In this document: positions 7,822 through 18,703 of the stretch, piece by piece
Layout: each line of letters opens with the position of its first letter
Position numbering within the stretch: position 1 is the first letter of the stretch
Assembly: GCA_031370785.1 (NCBI GenBank)
Contig: JANMQY010000030.1
Location: 1 to 64,000 of the forward strand
DNA length: 64,000 nucleotides
Source: Candidatus Eiseniibacteriota bacterium
Lineage (GTDB): Bacteria; Eisenbacteria; RBG-16-71-46
Direction: 5' to 3'
Program-made: the position numbers and the translations under genes
Notes under the pieces: generated by a model
Seen by the model: the letters and a program-made list of their open reading frames with translations, nothing else
Database searches by the model: none
Told to the model about the DNA's origin: nothing

Positions 7822-9858
7822 TCACAGGCGTGGGGTCGCGCGCAGCACGGGCTGCGGCGTCGGGGTGACGGGCTCGAACGGGAACGGCTCGCCCCATTGT
7901 TTGAGCGCGGCCTCGAGTGATTCGATCCGCGCGCGTGCCGAGGCGCGCTCCGCCGCCTCCATCCGGAAGACCTTCGAATCCCCGGCCCTCTCGAGCAACT
8001 CGTAGTAGGTGGGGTGGCCCTGCCTCAGCCTGTCCCGAAGGCTCGGCAGCTCCTTCTCGAGCTCACGCAGAAGCACGCGCAGGCGCACCCAGCGATGTTG
8101 CTCGAACTCGAAGTCCTTCAGCTTCTGGCCGGCACTGTTGCCCTTGTCCATGATCCCGTGGATCGTTTCCGGCCTCATCGCCAGGTTGAGGCCACCCTCG
8201 TCGCGCGCGAACCGCACCTGGACGACGCGTTCGCGATAGCTGGGCAGCATCATCTGCGTCGTGTCCTTGTAGTTCTGCGCCGTGGACCATATTGCTGCCA
8301 GGAACGAGAAGAGATTGTGAATGTTTCTCCATGTCGGAAGAAGTATGTCGTCCGCACCCGGCAGATAGACGTCGTCGTCGACCGTGTCCTTGACGTAGGC
8401 GCGCCTCCGATCCGCAGCCTGCGGACCGACCTGGAGTGCGGTCAGCTGTTCATTGCGCACTTTCCTCCTGCCGGGCTGTCCGACGGGTTCGAAATCCTCG
8501 CTGTGAAGGTCGGTGAGGTTGATGCCGAACGTCGGTCGCGATGGCAGCCATGCGTCGAAGAAGTGAACCGGAAAGTTGCTCGAGATACCGCCATCACTCA
8601 TCCAGTTGGGCTGCAGATCTCCGACTCCGAGCGTGACCGCCTTCGTCATGTCGAAATCCTTCACGGCGGACTGGCGGATCGTATGGAGCGGGACCGCGGT
8701 CAGCAGCAGCGGGAAGCTCAGGCTCATCCGGGTCGCGACGATCACCGGCATGTCGTCCTCGAACGGCATGAAGTGAAATCGCTCGGGCAGTGTGACGTGA
8801 GGATGCCAGGGCCTGGTCGCAAGATCATTTGCGCGAGCGACCATGAATTCCACCACACGCGCCGGAAACAGCCTGCGCATCTCATCCTCGTTGAAGATGA
8901 ACAGGAGATCCTCGAACGGGAGCCGGAACGGTTGATTCAGGCTGAGGTCGCTCGTCACCATGCGCAGCGTGACCGAGGCCGACCCCTCCGCGCCGCCGGG
9001 GAGCGCCGTGCGGTTCAGGTCGCCGAACGTGAGCGGCGGGCCGGTGATGGGCCGGCCTGCCAGATCCTCGAGCCGGTCTGCGATCCACTCCGTCAGCACG
9101 TCCACGCCCTTGGGGACACCGGGAACCGTCACGCCTGGACACAGGCCGTAGCCGAGATCCTTTACTTCTCGTTTCGCGATGCCGATCAGCTTCGCGCCGG
9201 CGAACAGCGGGCCACCTGCGAGCGCGCACAGCACGGCAACCAGCCCGCCCGCCACCCAGTCCCCATGACGAGCCATCTCGGCGACGAACTCCGCGACGAA
9301 TCCTCTGTGCGTGAACGGCAGCGCGATCGTCGCGGCCGCAATGACCGCGTGTATGAACCACAGCGCGAGGCCGACCACGAGTCCAGCCAGCGTTCCCTTG
9401 AGATACTCGCCGCCCAGCACCTGGCGCAGGATCCGACAGGCCATGAGGACGTATCCACCGATCGTCAGGAAGAGACTCGCCGGCTTCTTCGGTTTGGCCT
9501 TGTCGGTCGCAACCGGCGGCTTCTCTGCGGCGGAGGTCACGGACTCGAACGCGCGCACTAGCGCCTCGAACAGCGGGCGCGTGGTCGGGTCCGGCTGGAA
9601 CAGGTCGCGCAGGAACGTGCCGCCGGCGAGCCGATCGTTGACCGCTTTGAGCTTCTCGAATCCTCCCCGTTCGCGACCGAGCTCGGCGGCGGCGCACAGC
9701 GCGGCGGCGATCGCTCCGGCCGAGGCGCCGCCGATCTGGCGGAACCGGTACTTGTCCTTAAGCACGAGGATCGCCGGCGGATAGATGATGCCGCTCGTCA
9801 CTCCGCCCTTCATCACCAGATCGCACTCCTTCAGCGCGTCATCCTTCATTGCAGGCAT
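7822..9858 (-). CDS. Patatin-like phospholipase with inserted TM segments
   Basis: MKGGVTSG oxyanion loop, GASAG nucleophile and DGG motif. Confidence 0.88.
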   Translation of the reverse strand: MPAMKDDALKECDLVMKGGVTSGIIYPPAILVLKDKYRFRQIGGASAGAIAAALCAAAELGRERGGFEKLKAVNDRLAGGTFLRDLFQPDPTTRPLFEALVRAFESVTSAAEKPPVATDKAKPKKPASLFLTIGGYVLMACRILRQVLGGEYLKGTLAGLVVGLALWFIHAVIAAATIALPFTHRGFVAEFVAEMARHGDWVAGGLVAVLCALAGGPLFAGAKLIGIAKREVKDLGYGLCPGVTVPGVPKGVDVLTEWIADRLEDLAGRPITGPPLTFGDLNRTALPGGAEGSASVTLRMVTSDLSLNQPFRLPFEDLLFIFNEDEMRRLFPARVVEFMVARANDLATRPWHPHVTLPERFHFMPFEDDMPVIVATRMSLSFPLLLTAVPLHTIRQSAVKDFDMTKAVTLGVGDLQPNWMSDGGISSNFPVHFFDAWLPSRPTFGINLTDLHSEDFEPVGQPGRRKVRNEQLTALQVGPQAADRRRAYVKDTVDDDVYLPGADDILLPTWRNIHNLFSFLAAIWSTAQNYKDTTQMMLPSYRERVVQVRFARDEGGLNLAMRPETIHGIMDKGNSAGQKLKDFEFEQHRWVRLRVLLRELEKELPSLRDRLRQGHPTYYELLERAGDSKVFRMEAAERASARARIESLEAALKQWGEPFPFEPVTPTPQPVLRATPRL

Positions 9859-9901
9859 GCTCGGCCTCCATCCTGTTCCCGCGAGCCCGCGGCCCGCCTC
9901 G

Positions 9902-11575
9902 CTACTCGATGCGCAACGGTCGCGCGCGGAGCTTTCGCAGGAGCAGCGCGTGTATCGCGGCGACCACTACTACCTCGGCGCCCAGCACCGGCCAGAACAC
10001 GTGCATGCTGCGCGCGACCCAGCCGACCGCGAACAGGCCGCCCATCGCAACGATGGTTGCCAGCGACACGCCGACCTGGATCGCGGTCTGGCGCCCGCTT
10101 TCCGGAGGTCGCGACAACGGCAGGTAGTCCCCCACCAGCCCATCGAGCAGGGTCATCGTGGGCAGAACGATCAGCGCGGGCAGCATCGCGAGCAGCGGCT
10201 CGACCTCGTGCACCGCCACCCCGATGATCACGAACGCGATCACCAGCATGGGCAGCGTCACGAGCACGATCGTTGCCTTGCGCACTCCGTGGAAAATGCT
10301 GGCGGTGCTCTCGAGCGGCGCGTACAGGAACACATCGGCCGCCGCACTCTGCGTACCGCTGCGCAGTGTCTCCAGGGTCAGTGTGGGCAGCATGCCGGCC
10401 ATGACCACGGTCATGATCGGCGCAAAGCTCGGGCCCATGTTGCGATCGAACAGCGGCAGGATCGGGAACACGATGAAGCTCGCGAGCCCGGGATAGACGC
10501 GCATGCGCACGTCGCGGTCGCGGCGCAGGTAGGTGGAAGCGAGCCCGAACGCCGCGCGTTCGCGCGGATCCGGCATCCACGCGCGCAGGATCGGATGCAT
10601 GCGCCCGCTGCCGCGCACCCGACGCACTCGCGTCGCGGGCGCTTTGGCGCTGCTCGCCCTTCGCAAGGGCGTCTCGCCGAGAGAAGCGAGCCGGCGCGTA
10701 TAGTCGGCCGCGATGCGCCCGAGGCATGCCGCGCATAGCAGCGCGGTCGTGCCGAGCGCAAGGCCGGCCATTCCGAGCAGTGCCGGCGTGGGCCTCATGC
10801 CGCCGAGCAGGGCGTCGAGCGCGCCGAACCACGCCGAAGGCACGAACCACAGCACGGGATTCTCGGGATTGATACGGAAACCGTGCGCTGGGGTCGTCAG
10901 TCGCGGGATGATCTGGTAGCCAAAGATCAGCGCGGCCGACACCACCACCTGGAACCACGACGCAATCCCGTCGAAGCGCTCGCGGCTGACGAAGCGCGTG
11001 AGCAGCGAATAGAGAAAGACCACCGAACTCGCGACGAACACCGAGAGCAGCAGGATCGTGAGCAGGTGCGTGAGCGGAAACCACGGTGCCGCGCCCGGCA
11101 CCCACGCCCCAAGGACGACCGGGACCAGATTGAGCGCAAGCGCGTACGACGCTGCGAGCGCAAACAGCGTGATGGACTTGGCGAGCAATAGCGTTCGCGG
11201 ATGGATCGGGCGATGCAGCAGCAGGTCGTTCTCTTCCACGCTGAACAGAAGCTGGCTCGACTCGGCGATCATGGTGCCGGCCCCGAGGAACAGGGTCATC
11301 GCGCACAGGTATTGGCCGAATGTGAACGAATCCATCTTCGAGAACATCATCGCGCTGAGCAGGAGGCCGAATACCGCCTGAATGCCGAGCGCGAACAGCA
11401 GCCCGCGCGGGCGGCCCGGGCGCTTCGCCCACATGCGCGGCGAGGTGCGTGCGCGCATCAGCACGCGCACCAGCGCGCGCAGCTGCGTCGGATCCCACGG
11501 CTGGCCGGGCGGCAGGTCACGCCCGTGCGGGGCCGCGTCGCGCGCCGCCCGCGGTTCGACCGGCGCGGCGCTCAT
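9902..11575 (-). CDS. ABC exporter permease (ABC-2 type)
   Basis: Polytopic membrane protein; ATG start overlaps the ATPase stop. Confidence 0.8.
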   Translation of the reverse strand: MSAAPVEPRAARDAAPHGRDLPPGQPWDPTQLRALVRVLMRARTSPRMWAKRPGRPRGLLFALGIQAVFGLLLSAMMFSKMDSFTFGQYLCAMTLFLGAGTMIAESSQLLFSVEENDLLLHRPIHPRTLLLAKSITLFALAASYALALNLVPVVLGAWVPGAAPWFPLTHLLTILLLSVFVASSVVFLYSLLTRFVSRERFDGIASWFQVVVSAALIFGYQIIPRLTTPAHGFRINPENPVLWFVPSAWFGALDALLGGMRPTPALLGMAGLALGTTALLCAACLGRIAADYTRRLASLGETPLRRASSAKAPATRVRRVRGSGRMHPILRAWMPDPRERAAFGLASTYLRRDRDVRMRVYPGLASFIVFPILPLFDRNMGPSFAPIMTVVMAGMLPTLTLETLRSGTQSAAADVFLYAPLESTASIFHGVRKATIVLVTLPMLVIAFVIIGVAVHEVEPLLAMLPALIVLPTMTLLDGLVGDYLPLSRPPESGRQTAIQVGVSLATIVAMGGLFAVGWVARSMHVFWPVLGAEVVVVAAIHALLLRKLRARPLRIE

Positions 11576-12342
11576 TGCCCGAGCACGCGCGCGAACTCCT
11601 CGGCGCGGGCCAGCAGGTTCTCGGTGGCGGTGAGCCGGTTGAAGGCGCGCTCGAGACTCGGCTCGCCGGTGCGTGCCAGCAGCTCGGGCACGGCGCCGTC
11701 GGCCACGATCGAGCCCTCGTGGATGATCACCACGCGTTCGCACACGCGCTCGACCACATCGAGGATGTGCGAGCAGTACACGATGGTCTTGCCGTCGCGC
11801 GCCAGAGAGGTGATGAGGGTCTTGAAGGCCAGCGCCGCGTTGGCATCGAGCCCGTTCAGCGGCTCGTCGAAGAACACGACCTTGGGATTGTGAAGCAGTG
11901 CGGAAGTGATCACGATCTTCTGGCGCATGCCCTTCGAGAACGCCGCGAGCGGCTTGCTGCGCATGTCGTCGTGACCCAGATCGAAGAACTCCGCGAACTG
12001 GTCGATGCGGTGGTCGGCATCGCCTTCGTCGAGGTGATAGAGCGCGGCGACGAAGCGCAGATACTCGTGCGCGGTCAGGGTCTCGAACAGCGCGCCCGAC
12101 TCGGGCACGTAGCCGATCACGCGCTTCACCTCGACCGGCTGGCTCACTACATCGAAGCCCTCGACCTCGGCCGAGCCCGAGGTGGGCAGCAGCATGCCGG
12201 TGAGCATGCGGATGGTGGTCGACTTCCCCGCGCCGTTCGGGCCGAGCAGGCCGACCAGCTGCCCGCTCGGGATCTCGAGGGAGAGGTCCTTGACGGCCTG
12301 GTGCTCGCCGTATGACTTGGAAAGATGATCGAGTCGGATCAC
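11572..12342 (-). CDS. ABC transporter ATP-binding protein
   Basis: GPNGAGKST, FSKGMRQK, FFDEP and SH switch motifs. Confidence 0.95.
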   Translation of the reverse strand: MIRLDHLSKSYGEHQAVKDLSLEIPSGQLVGLLGPNGAGKSTTIRMLTGMLLPTSGSAEVEGFDVVSQPVEVKRVIGYVPESGALFETLTAHEYLRFVAALYHLDEGDADHRIDQFAEFFDLGHDDMRSKPLAAFSKGMRQKIVITSALLHNPKVVFFDEPLNGLDANAALAFKTLITSLARDGKTIVYCSHILDVVERVCERVVIIHEGSIVADGAVPELLARTGEPSLERAFNRLTATENLLARAEEFARVLGQ

Positions 12343-12475
12343 GGCCGTCTCCGAAGGGGGCGTGTCGCGAAGCGGTCTGCAGGATAGCGAAGGCGGCCGT
12401 GGCGAGCGAATCGCGCGCGGAGTAGTGTGGCGCGCGTGTCCTGACCATCCGCCGACGCATCCGACCCGGAGCGCA

Positions 12476-13426
12476 ATGATGAGATTCGTGAGCCTGACCT
12501 GCGCCTGCCTCGCGCTGTTCGCAACCGTTAACGCGGCGCCCGCCACCGGTGCCGCGAGAGATCCTGAGTTCGGCAGCTACTGGCATGACGGGAAGGCGGA
12601 GCTGAACGGGTATCGCATCGTGGTCGATCGCTACGGCCATCCGCGCGTCGGCCGCGGCGTTGCGATCTACGTCACCGAGCCCTTCAGCGCGGCGAAGCAC
12701 GTCAAGCTGAATGACTACACTAAGAATCCCGGCGACGTGGTGGACGTGCTGAAGCTGAACCTGGTGCGTGACTTTCAGACCGGGATCTACGACTACCACA
12801 CGATGGTGTCGCTGTTCGTGAGGGCCGCGGACTTCACGCCGGTCAAGCTGGCGTTCACGAGCGCCGAATGGTGCGGGCAGGTGTACGAGGAGTTGGACTT
12901 CGAAGGACCGAAGGTGTCCGAGCGGTTCGCGAGCTACTTCGAGAACGAGTCGTCATCGAGCACGAGAGATGCGCCGCGCGGCGGCGTGATCGAGGACAAC
13001 CTGTTCGTCCTGCTGCGCGGCCTGCGCGGCGCGTGGCTCGCGCCCGGCGAGAAGCGCCAGCTTCCCTGGCTCGCCGGATCGTTCTGGCGCCGCCTCGCGC
13101 ACCGCAGGTTCGCATGGTCCACCGCGACCATCGAGCGCCTTCGCGCTGGCGAAACAGTGCGCGTTCCGGCCGGATCGTTCATTACCGATGTCTACGTTGT
13201 GCGCCCTGCCGATGGGCGCGAGGGCCGTTTCTTCATCGAGCGCGCCTATCCGCACCGCGTCGTGCGCTGGACGTGGACCGCGCCGGCAGCGCCCGGCGCG
13301 ACATCACTCGGTGGCACGGATTCGGGAGAGCTCACCGGCAGCGCGCGACTCGAGTACTGGAGGCTGCACGATCCCGGCGACGAGAGTTATCTCGAGGCAC
13401 TCGGGCTGGGGCCGGGCGTGCGCTAG
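12476..13426 (+). CDS. Conserved secreted hypothetical protein
   Basis: Signal peptide, then YWHDGKAELNGY, IYVTEPF, LKLNLVRDFQTGIYDY and EWCGQ. Confidence 0.7.
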   Translation: MMRFVSLTCACLALFATVNAAPATGAARDPEFGSYWHDGKAELNGYRIVVDRYGHPRVGRGVAIYVTEPFSAAKHVKLNDYTKNPGDVVDVLKLNLVRDFQTGIYDYHTMVSLFVRAADFTPVKLAFTSAEWCGQVYEELDFEGPKVSERFASYFENESSSSTRDAPRGGVIEDNLFVLLRGLRGAWLAPGEKRQLPWLAGSFWRRLAHRRFAWSTATIERLRAGETVRVPAGSFITDVYVVRPADGREGRFFIERAYPHRVVRWTWTAPAAPGATSLGGTDSGELTGSARLEYWRLHDPGDESYLEALGLGPGVR

Positions 13427-13570
13427 GAGCCTAGGCTCTCGGGCATCGGTCTGCTCTACAGTTGCCCTGACGCGCGAAGTAGACGCCGCTCGGGCCGGCG
13501 CCTGCACGGACTCGGAAGAGTTGCCGGCATCACTCCCGCCGGATCACGACTTGTGCCTTTCTCGGGCCAC

Positions 13571-13611
13571 TTGACAGCCCATTCGCTGGACACTAGTTTG
13601 GCGGCTCAAAC
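13571..13611 (+). promoter_or_regulatory. Sigma70 promoter with overlapping DtxR/TroR-type operator
   Basis: TTGACA (13571)-N17-TAGTTT (13594). The dyad GTTTG-N6-CAAAC at 13596-13611 overlaps the -10. Confidence 0.7.
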
Positions 13612-13643
13612 ATCTGTTGTGTGGCTACAACTGCGGAGGCGCA

Positions 13644-14198
13644 ATGGACAAGGCACGTTCCTCTCGACCTCGAGACGTTTCGCCCAGCATGGAGCATTAC
13701 CTGCGGGCCATCCTGGAGCTCCGCGAAGAACGCGGCTACGCGAGGGTTGTGGACATCGCCACGCGAGTCGGCGTCACGAAGGGCACGGTCTCGCTTGCGC
13801 TGGCTCAGTTGGCGGAGCGCGGACTCCTGCGATTCGACCCGGCTCGATTTCCGATTCTCACGGCGGCCGGCCGGAGGGTGGCGATCGATGTCCGCGGCCG
13901 ATACTCGATCGTCCAGACGTTTCTGACGGATGTCCTGGGACTATCGGTGGAACGAGCCTCAGCCGAGGCGTGCCGATGGGAACACGTCATCAGCCATGAA
14001 GCCGCCGACCGTCTGCTCGACCTGCTTCGATTCGGAAGTGAGAACAAGCCTTTGGCCTCCGGGTTCGCGGCCTTCCGCAACTTTCACCGCACCTGCAGCA
14101 GTGGCCGACTCTGCGCGACCTGTGCCGCGCACGGGCCGGTCGAATCGTTCTGCCCTTCGCCGGAGCCTCTTTCACTACCGCCACGCAAGCCTGCCTAG
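13644..14198 (+). CDS. DtxR/MntR family metal-dependent repressor with Cys-rich C-terminus
   Basis: SMEHYLRAI, HTH (RVVDIATRVGVTKGTVS) and EACRWEHVIS motifs; GGAGG RBS. Confidence 0.9.
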   Translation: MDKARSSRPRDVSPSMEHYLRAILELREERGYARVVDIATRVGVTKGTVSLALAQLAERGLLRFDPARFPILTAAGRRVAIDVRGRYSIVQTFLTDVLGLSVERASAEACRWEHVISHEAADRLLDLLRFGSENKPLASGFAAFRNFHRTCSSGRLCATCAAHGPVESFCPSPEPLSLPPRKPA

Positions 14199-14216
14199 GA
14201 CCTACTGGAGGATTTC

Positions 14217-14984
14217 ATGCCGCGAGTCGCTCGGCTGCTGTTGAGTGCCTTCCTGATTGCTTCGCTCACACCAAGCATCGTTCGCGCCGATCGGCGCTAC
14301 TTCGTTCGCTCGTACACGCCATATCTCGCCCCGGCCGGGACGCTCGAGCTGGAGCTCTGGACGACGGCTCTCTCCGGCCAGGGGGACAGCACCAATACCG
14401 CCTGGAAGAACCGCGCTGAATTCGAGTACGCCATCACCGACCGGTTGACGGGCGCCGCATACCTCAACTTCGTTCAGTCGGGTGCTGAGGAATCCGCGCT
14501 TCGCTTCGATGGACCATCGTGGGAACTCATCTACCGCCTCGCTGAACGAGGCCGCCTGGCGGTTGATCCTGCGGCCTATCTGGAAGTCCGGGCCAACGGC
14601 AATGAAGTCAAGATCGAGCCGAAGCTGCTTCTTGCTCGCCGCGACCACCGTCTGGTCAGCGTCGTCAATGTCATCGGCGAATTCGAACTTCTCCAGGGCC
14701 TCAGCACGGAGAAGAACCTGGAGCTGACCTGCGGCCTGAGCCACGAGTTCGGGCCAGTCGTGGCGCTGGGCGTGGAGGCTCGATACAGGCGCGCATTCGA
14801 AGAGGCGGGTGAGGATCCGACGCTGTTTGCCGTCGGACCGACTCTCAATCTTCAGACCGCCAAGATCCAGGTGTCGATCGGCTGGCAGCCGCAGATATCG
14901 GGCTCGCCCGCGACCTCCGGGGGCTTGAACGTCAGCGACTTTGCCCGCTCGGAACTCCGCTTCCTCCTGGGCGTGGATCTTTGA
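14217..14984 (+). CDS. Putative outer-membrane beta-barrel protein
   Basis: Signal peptide, alternating amphipathic strands, C-terminal ELRFLLGVDL. Confidence 0.7.
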   Translation: MPRVARLLLSAFLIASLTPSIVRADRRYFVRSYTPYLAPAGTLELELWTTALSGQGDSTNTAWKNRAEFEYAITDRLTGAAYLNFVQSGAEESALRFDGPSWELIYRLAERGRLAVDPAAYLEVRANGNEVKIEPKLLLARRDHRLVSVVNVIGEFELLQGLSTEKNLELTCGLSHEFGPVVALGVEARYRRAFEEAGEDPTLFAVGPTLNLQTAKIQVSIGWQPQISGSPATSGGLNVSDFARSELRFLLGVDL

Positions 14985-15289
14985 GCGTGGCTCGACTCAC
15001 CGGCAAAATCCTGGTGTTCGCGATGATTGCCTGCGCGGTGTGGGGTTGCGCCACCGGCGGCGGCATCTCGCGGCTGAAGGAAATCCAAAGCCTCTCGTAC
15101 GGAGAACGACTCCTGTTCCAGCGATGCGACGGATGTCACGCGGTGCCCGATCCCCGAAAGATGAACGCGGAGAGATGGCGACGTTCAATCATTCGAATGC
15201 AGGGCCGGATGCATCTCCCTCAGGAAGAATGGGATTCCCTGCTGGCCCTGGGAGTGGGCACGGGCGTGAAGGCAGACTCGGTTCACTAG
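14981..15289 (+). CDS. Monoheme c-type cytochrome, probable lipoprotein
   Basis: Lipobox-like VWGC, CDGCH heme motif and a distal Met candidate (IIRM). Start overlaps the porin stop. Confidence 0.75.
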   Translation: MSVARLTGKILVFAMIACAVWGCATGGGISRLKEIQSLSYGERLLFQRCDGCHAVPDPRKMNAERWRRSIIRMQGRMHLPQEEWDSLLALGVGTGVKADSVH

Positions 15290-15319
15290 TCGCAAACGTC
15301 GCCGGGCGGGCCGTGGCAG

Positions 15320-16114
15320 TCACGCGTACGCGACCGAGTAGATGACTCTCCCTCGGGCAACGAAGCCTTCGCGCGCCAGTTGACTCATCCGGCGGCGGGC
15401 ATCCGCCATGCAGTCTGCTCGTGCCCCGGAGGCGAGGCTGTCGAAACGCGGCTTCGCGGAACCCATGCTCGTTCTGAGGCGGATCAAGTGCTCCGCATCG
15501 AGGGTGCTGATCAGTTCACCCGCCCAAGAACGCGAAGAGGTGAATCCGGCGCGGCGGAGAAGAGTCTCCATTTTCTCGGGGGTGTCGACATCATCGTGCC
15601 GCGCCACGATGGTGGGGTCTGCAGGGGCGGCGCCTTGCGCATCCAGACACTCGGTCCAGATCCGAGTCGCACTCGACTCGAGCTCTCCTCCCCAGGTCAG
15701 CGTCCCCGCCCGCCCGCCGCCGCGGAGAACGCGGCGCGCCTCGAGCAGGCCGGCCAGTGGGCTCTCCAGGTGAAACAGCATGAACAGCAGGAGGACCCTG
15801 TCCACGCTCCCCTGCGGGACAGCCAGTTGTCGCGCATCCATGACGGCGCGAGGGGTTCGCGCCTGCGCGAGGGATAGCATCCCGCGCGAGCGGTCTATGC
15901 CCAGCACCAACGCCCCGGGGTACGCCGAGCACAGATCCGGCAGCAGCGCGCCCACGCCTGTTCCTACATCGAGGACTCGCTGGACTCTGGCGCCCGTGAG
16001 TTCGCGAAGGAGAACCAGCGCGGCCTTCCGCAGGATCGGAGCCCAAAGGTCGCGGTAAGCATCCGCTTCGCGATCATATCGATCCGTCAGCTCTTCTGCG
16101 GGATCGTTCCGCAC
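15320..16114 (-). CDS. Class I SAM-dependent methyltransferase
   Basis: VLDVGTGVG, GIDRSRGML and MDA motifs. GTG start after GGAGG. Confidence 0.85.
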   Translation of the reverse strand: MRNDPAEELTDRYDREADAYRDLWAPILRKAALVLLRELTGARVQRVLDVGTGVGALLPDLCSAYPGALVLGIDRSRGMLSLAQARTPRAVMDARQLAVPQGSVDRVLLLFMLFHLESPLAGLLEARRVLRGGGRAGTLTWGGELESSATRIWTECLDAQGAAPADPTIVARHDDVDTPEKMETLLRRAGFTSSRSWAGELISTLDAEHLIRLRTSMGSAKPRFDSLASGARADCMADARRRMSQLAREGFVARGRVIYSVAYA

Positions 16115-16222
16115 GGCCCGCCCTCCGGATTCTTTCCATACCATGCGACCGAACGCCCGATTCAGCATCCCGAACGTCACGAGACTCCTGCGACCGCAAC
16201 AAGCGGGCTTGAATCGCGGGCG

Positions 16223-18703
16223 CTAGATGCGGGCAGTTCTGAGCCGCAGAGCATTGGCAATGACCGATACCGAGCTGAAGCTCATCGCTGCCGCGGCGAT
16301 CATCGGATTGAGCAAAAGTCCCGTGAACGGATAGAGAACCCCTGCAGCAATGGGTACGCCGAGCGCGTTATAGACGAACGCGAAGAACAGATTCTGGCGG
16401 ATGTTTGAAATAGTCGCCTGGCTGAGGCGCCTCGCGCGAATGATGCCCAGCAGATCACCTTTGATGAGCGTCACGTCGGCGCTTTCCATCGCAACATCGG
16501 TCCCGGTGCCCATGGCGATGCCGATGTTCGCCTGAGCCAGGGCCGGAGCGTCATTGATGCCGTCGCCGGCCATCGCCACGATGCGCCCTTTCGCCTGCAG
16601 CTGCTTGACCACCTCGACCTTCTGATCCGGAAGGACTTCGGCAAAGACTTCATCGATGCCGAGCTTGCGCGCGACCGCCTCGGCGGTCGTGCGGCTGTCG
16701 CCGGTCAGCATTACAGGACGCACGCCTTGTGCACGAAGCTGCCGAATCGCCTCCGCGGCTGACGCCTTGATGGGATCCGCGACGCCGATGAGACCTTGGA
16801 TGACGCCGTCGACCACGAGATAGACGACCGTCTGACCGTCACGTCGCATGGCTTCGGCGTCGCCGGAAAGAGTACCCGGGTTGACGCGCAGGTTCTCCAG
16901 GAGAGCTGCGTTCCCAAGCGCTGCCGACTTTCCATCGATGACTCCCATCACTCCCTTGCCGGTCAGCGAGCGGAACTCCTGTGCGGTGGGCAGGACGAGC
17001 TTGCGCTCCGTCGCGGCGGCCAGGATCGCGGCCGCCAGAGGGTGCTCGCTGCCGCGCTCGAGTCCGGCCGCGATCCGCAAGACCTCGTTCTCTTGATGGA
17101 CGGGTGCGGCGACGACGCGCGCCAGTCTGGGCTTACCTTCGGTAAGCGTGCCGGTCTTGTCGAAGGCCAGTGTGTCGGCGCTCCGGAGCGTTTCGATGGC
17201 CTCGGCATTCCTGAACAGGACTCCGATCGAAGCGCCTTTCCCTGCGGCGACCATGATCGAGATTGGGGTCGCAAGCCCGAGTGCGCACGGGCAGGCAATG
17301 ATGAGGACCGCGACCGAGTTTACGATCGCGTAGGCCATCCGTGGCTGGGGCCCGGCCAATGCCCAGACGAGGAAGGTCCCGATCGCAACAAGAACAACCG
17401 CGGGAACGAACCACGCCGAAACCCGGTCCGCCTGGCGCTGAATCGGCGCGCGACTGCGCTGAGCCTGGGCGACCATCTGCACGATGCGCGCAAGAAGTGT
17501 CTGGCTCCCAACCTTTTCTGCTTGAATGATCATCGATCCGGTGCCGTTGACCGTCCCTCCCACGACCCGGTTACCCGTTTCCTTCTCGACCGGAATAGCT
17601 TCACCGGTGACGAGTGACTCGTCCACCGCGCTGCGCCCTTCCGCAACGACTCCGTCCACCGGCACTTTCTCTCCAGGGCGAACACGAAGCCGGTCGCCGA
17701 CGTGCACATGCTCGAGCGGAATGTCCTCTTCTCTCCCATCGGTTCCAATGCGCCGTGCGGTCTTTGGCGACAGTCCGAGAAGCGCGCGAATCGCTGCGCC
17801 GGTCTGGCTGCGCGCCCGCAACTCCAATACCTGACCGAGGAGCACCAGGGTCACGATGACGGCAGCAGCCTCGAAATACGTTCCGACGCGGCCGGTGTGG
17901 TCGCGAAACGAAGGTGGGAACGCGTCGGGTGCGAATACCGCGACGAGGCTGTAGCCAAATGCCACGCCGACACCAAGTGCGATGAGCGTGAACATGTTCG
18001 GGCTGCGATGGACGATCGATTGCCAGCCACGCACGAAGAATGGCCATCCGCCCCACAGCACGACCGGTGCGGCAAGGGCGAGCTCAATCCAGCCCATCAG
18101 AGCTGTAGGAATCAGGCGGTGAACGGGCTGTCCAGGCAGTACGGCACCGAGCATCGTCACGAGCAGTGGTGCCGTCAGCGCCGCCGACACGAAGAACCGC
18201 CGGCGCATGTCGACGAGTTCCGGGTTCTCCTCCTGATCGAGGGTGACCATGCGCGGTTCGAGCGCCATGCCGCAGATCGGACAGCTCCCGGGGCCGTCGC
18301 GGACGATCTGCGGGTGCATCGGGCAAACCCACTCAGTCTTCTGAATCGGGGCGACGGGTTCGAGCGGCTCGAGCGCCATGCCACACTTCGGGCAGGCGCC
18401 TGGTCCGTTCTGCCGCACTTCCGGATGCATCGGACAGGTATGGATCGCGTCCTGCCCGGTCGGCGTGGTCACGGGTTGCTCGGTCCGATTTGAAGTCGGC
18501 GCCGGATCATTCAAGTAACGATCCGGGTCTGCTCGAAACTTCCCCAGACATCCTGCGCTGCAGAATCGATACTCCCGACCGGCGTGCTCGAGTCGATGGG
18601 GCGAATCCTCCCGAACCTGCATGCCACACACCGGATCGCGGAAGGTGGTGGACACCGGTGCTTCTTGCATGGGCACCGCTCCCGGACTCGTTGGCTGGAT
18701 CAT
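16223..18703 (-). CDS. copA: Cu(I)/Ag(I) P1B-1 ATPase with YHS domain and two heavy-metal-binding (CPMHP) domains
   Basis: DPVCGM...FCSAGC, two CPMHP...CPxCGM repeats, TGE, CPC, DKTGT, GDGIND, YN and MSFSS. Confidence 0.93.
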   Translation of the reverse strand: MIQPTSPGAVPMQEAPVSTTFRDPVCGMQVREDSPHRLEHAGREYRFCSAGCLGKFRADPDRYLNDPAPTSNRTEQPVTTPTGQDAIHTCPMHPEVRQNGPGACPKCGMALEPLEPVAPIQKTEWVCPMHPQIVRDGPGSCPICGMALEPRMVTLDQEENPELVDMRRRFFVSAALTAPLLVTMLGAVLPGQPVHRLIPTALMGWIELALAAPVVLWGGWPFFVRGWQSIVHRSPNMFTLIALGVGVAFGYSLVAVFAPDAFPPSFRDHTGRVGTYFEAAAVIVTLVLLGQVLELRARSQTGAAIRALLGLSPKTARRIGTDGREEDIPLEHVHVGDRLRVRPGEKVPVDGVVAEGRSAVDESLVTGEAIPVEKETGNRVVGGTVNGTGSMIIQAEKVGSQTLLARIVQMVAQAQRSRAPIQRQADRVSAWFVPAVVLVAIGTFLVWALAGPQPRMAYAIVNSVAVLIIACPCALGLATPISIMVAAGKGASIGVLFRNAEAIETLRSADTLAFDKTGTLTEGKPRLARVVAAPVHQENEVLRIAAGLERGSEHPLAAAILAAATERKLVLPTAQEFRSLTGKGVMGVIDGKSAALGNAALLENLRVNPGTLSGDAEAMRRDGQTVVYLVVDGVIQGLIGVADPIKASAAEAIRQLRAQGVRPVMLTGDSRTTAEAVARKLGIDEVFAEVLPDQKVEVVKQLQAKGRIVAMAGDGINDAPALAQANIGIAMGTGTDVAMESADVTLIKGDLLGIIRARRLSQATISNIRQNLFFAFVYNALGVPIAAGVLYPFTGLLLNPMIAAAAMSFSSVSVIANALRLRTARI

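Noticed and set aside
7822..9858. CBASS system
   Set aside because: No CD-NTase or Cap genes lie near the patatin.
2714..12342. Complete RiPP biosynthetic cluster
   Set aside because: No precursor peptide or modifying enzyme was found, and gene orientations are mixed.
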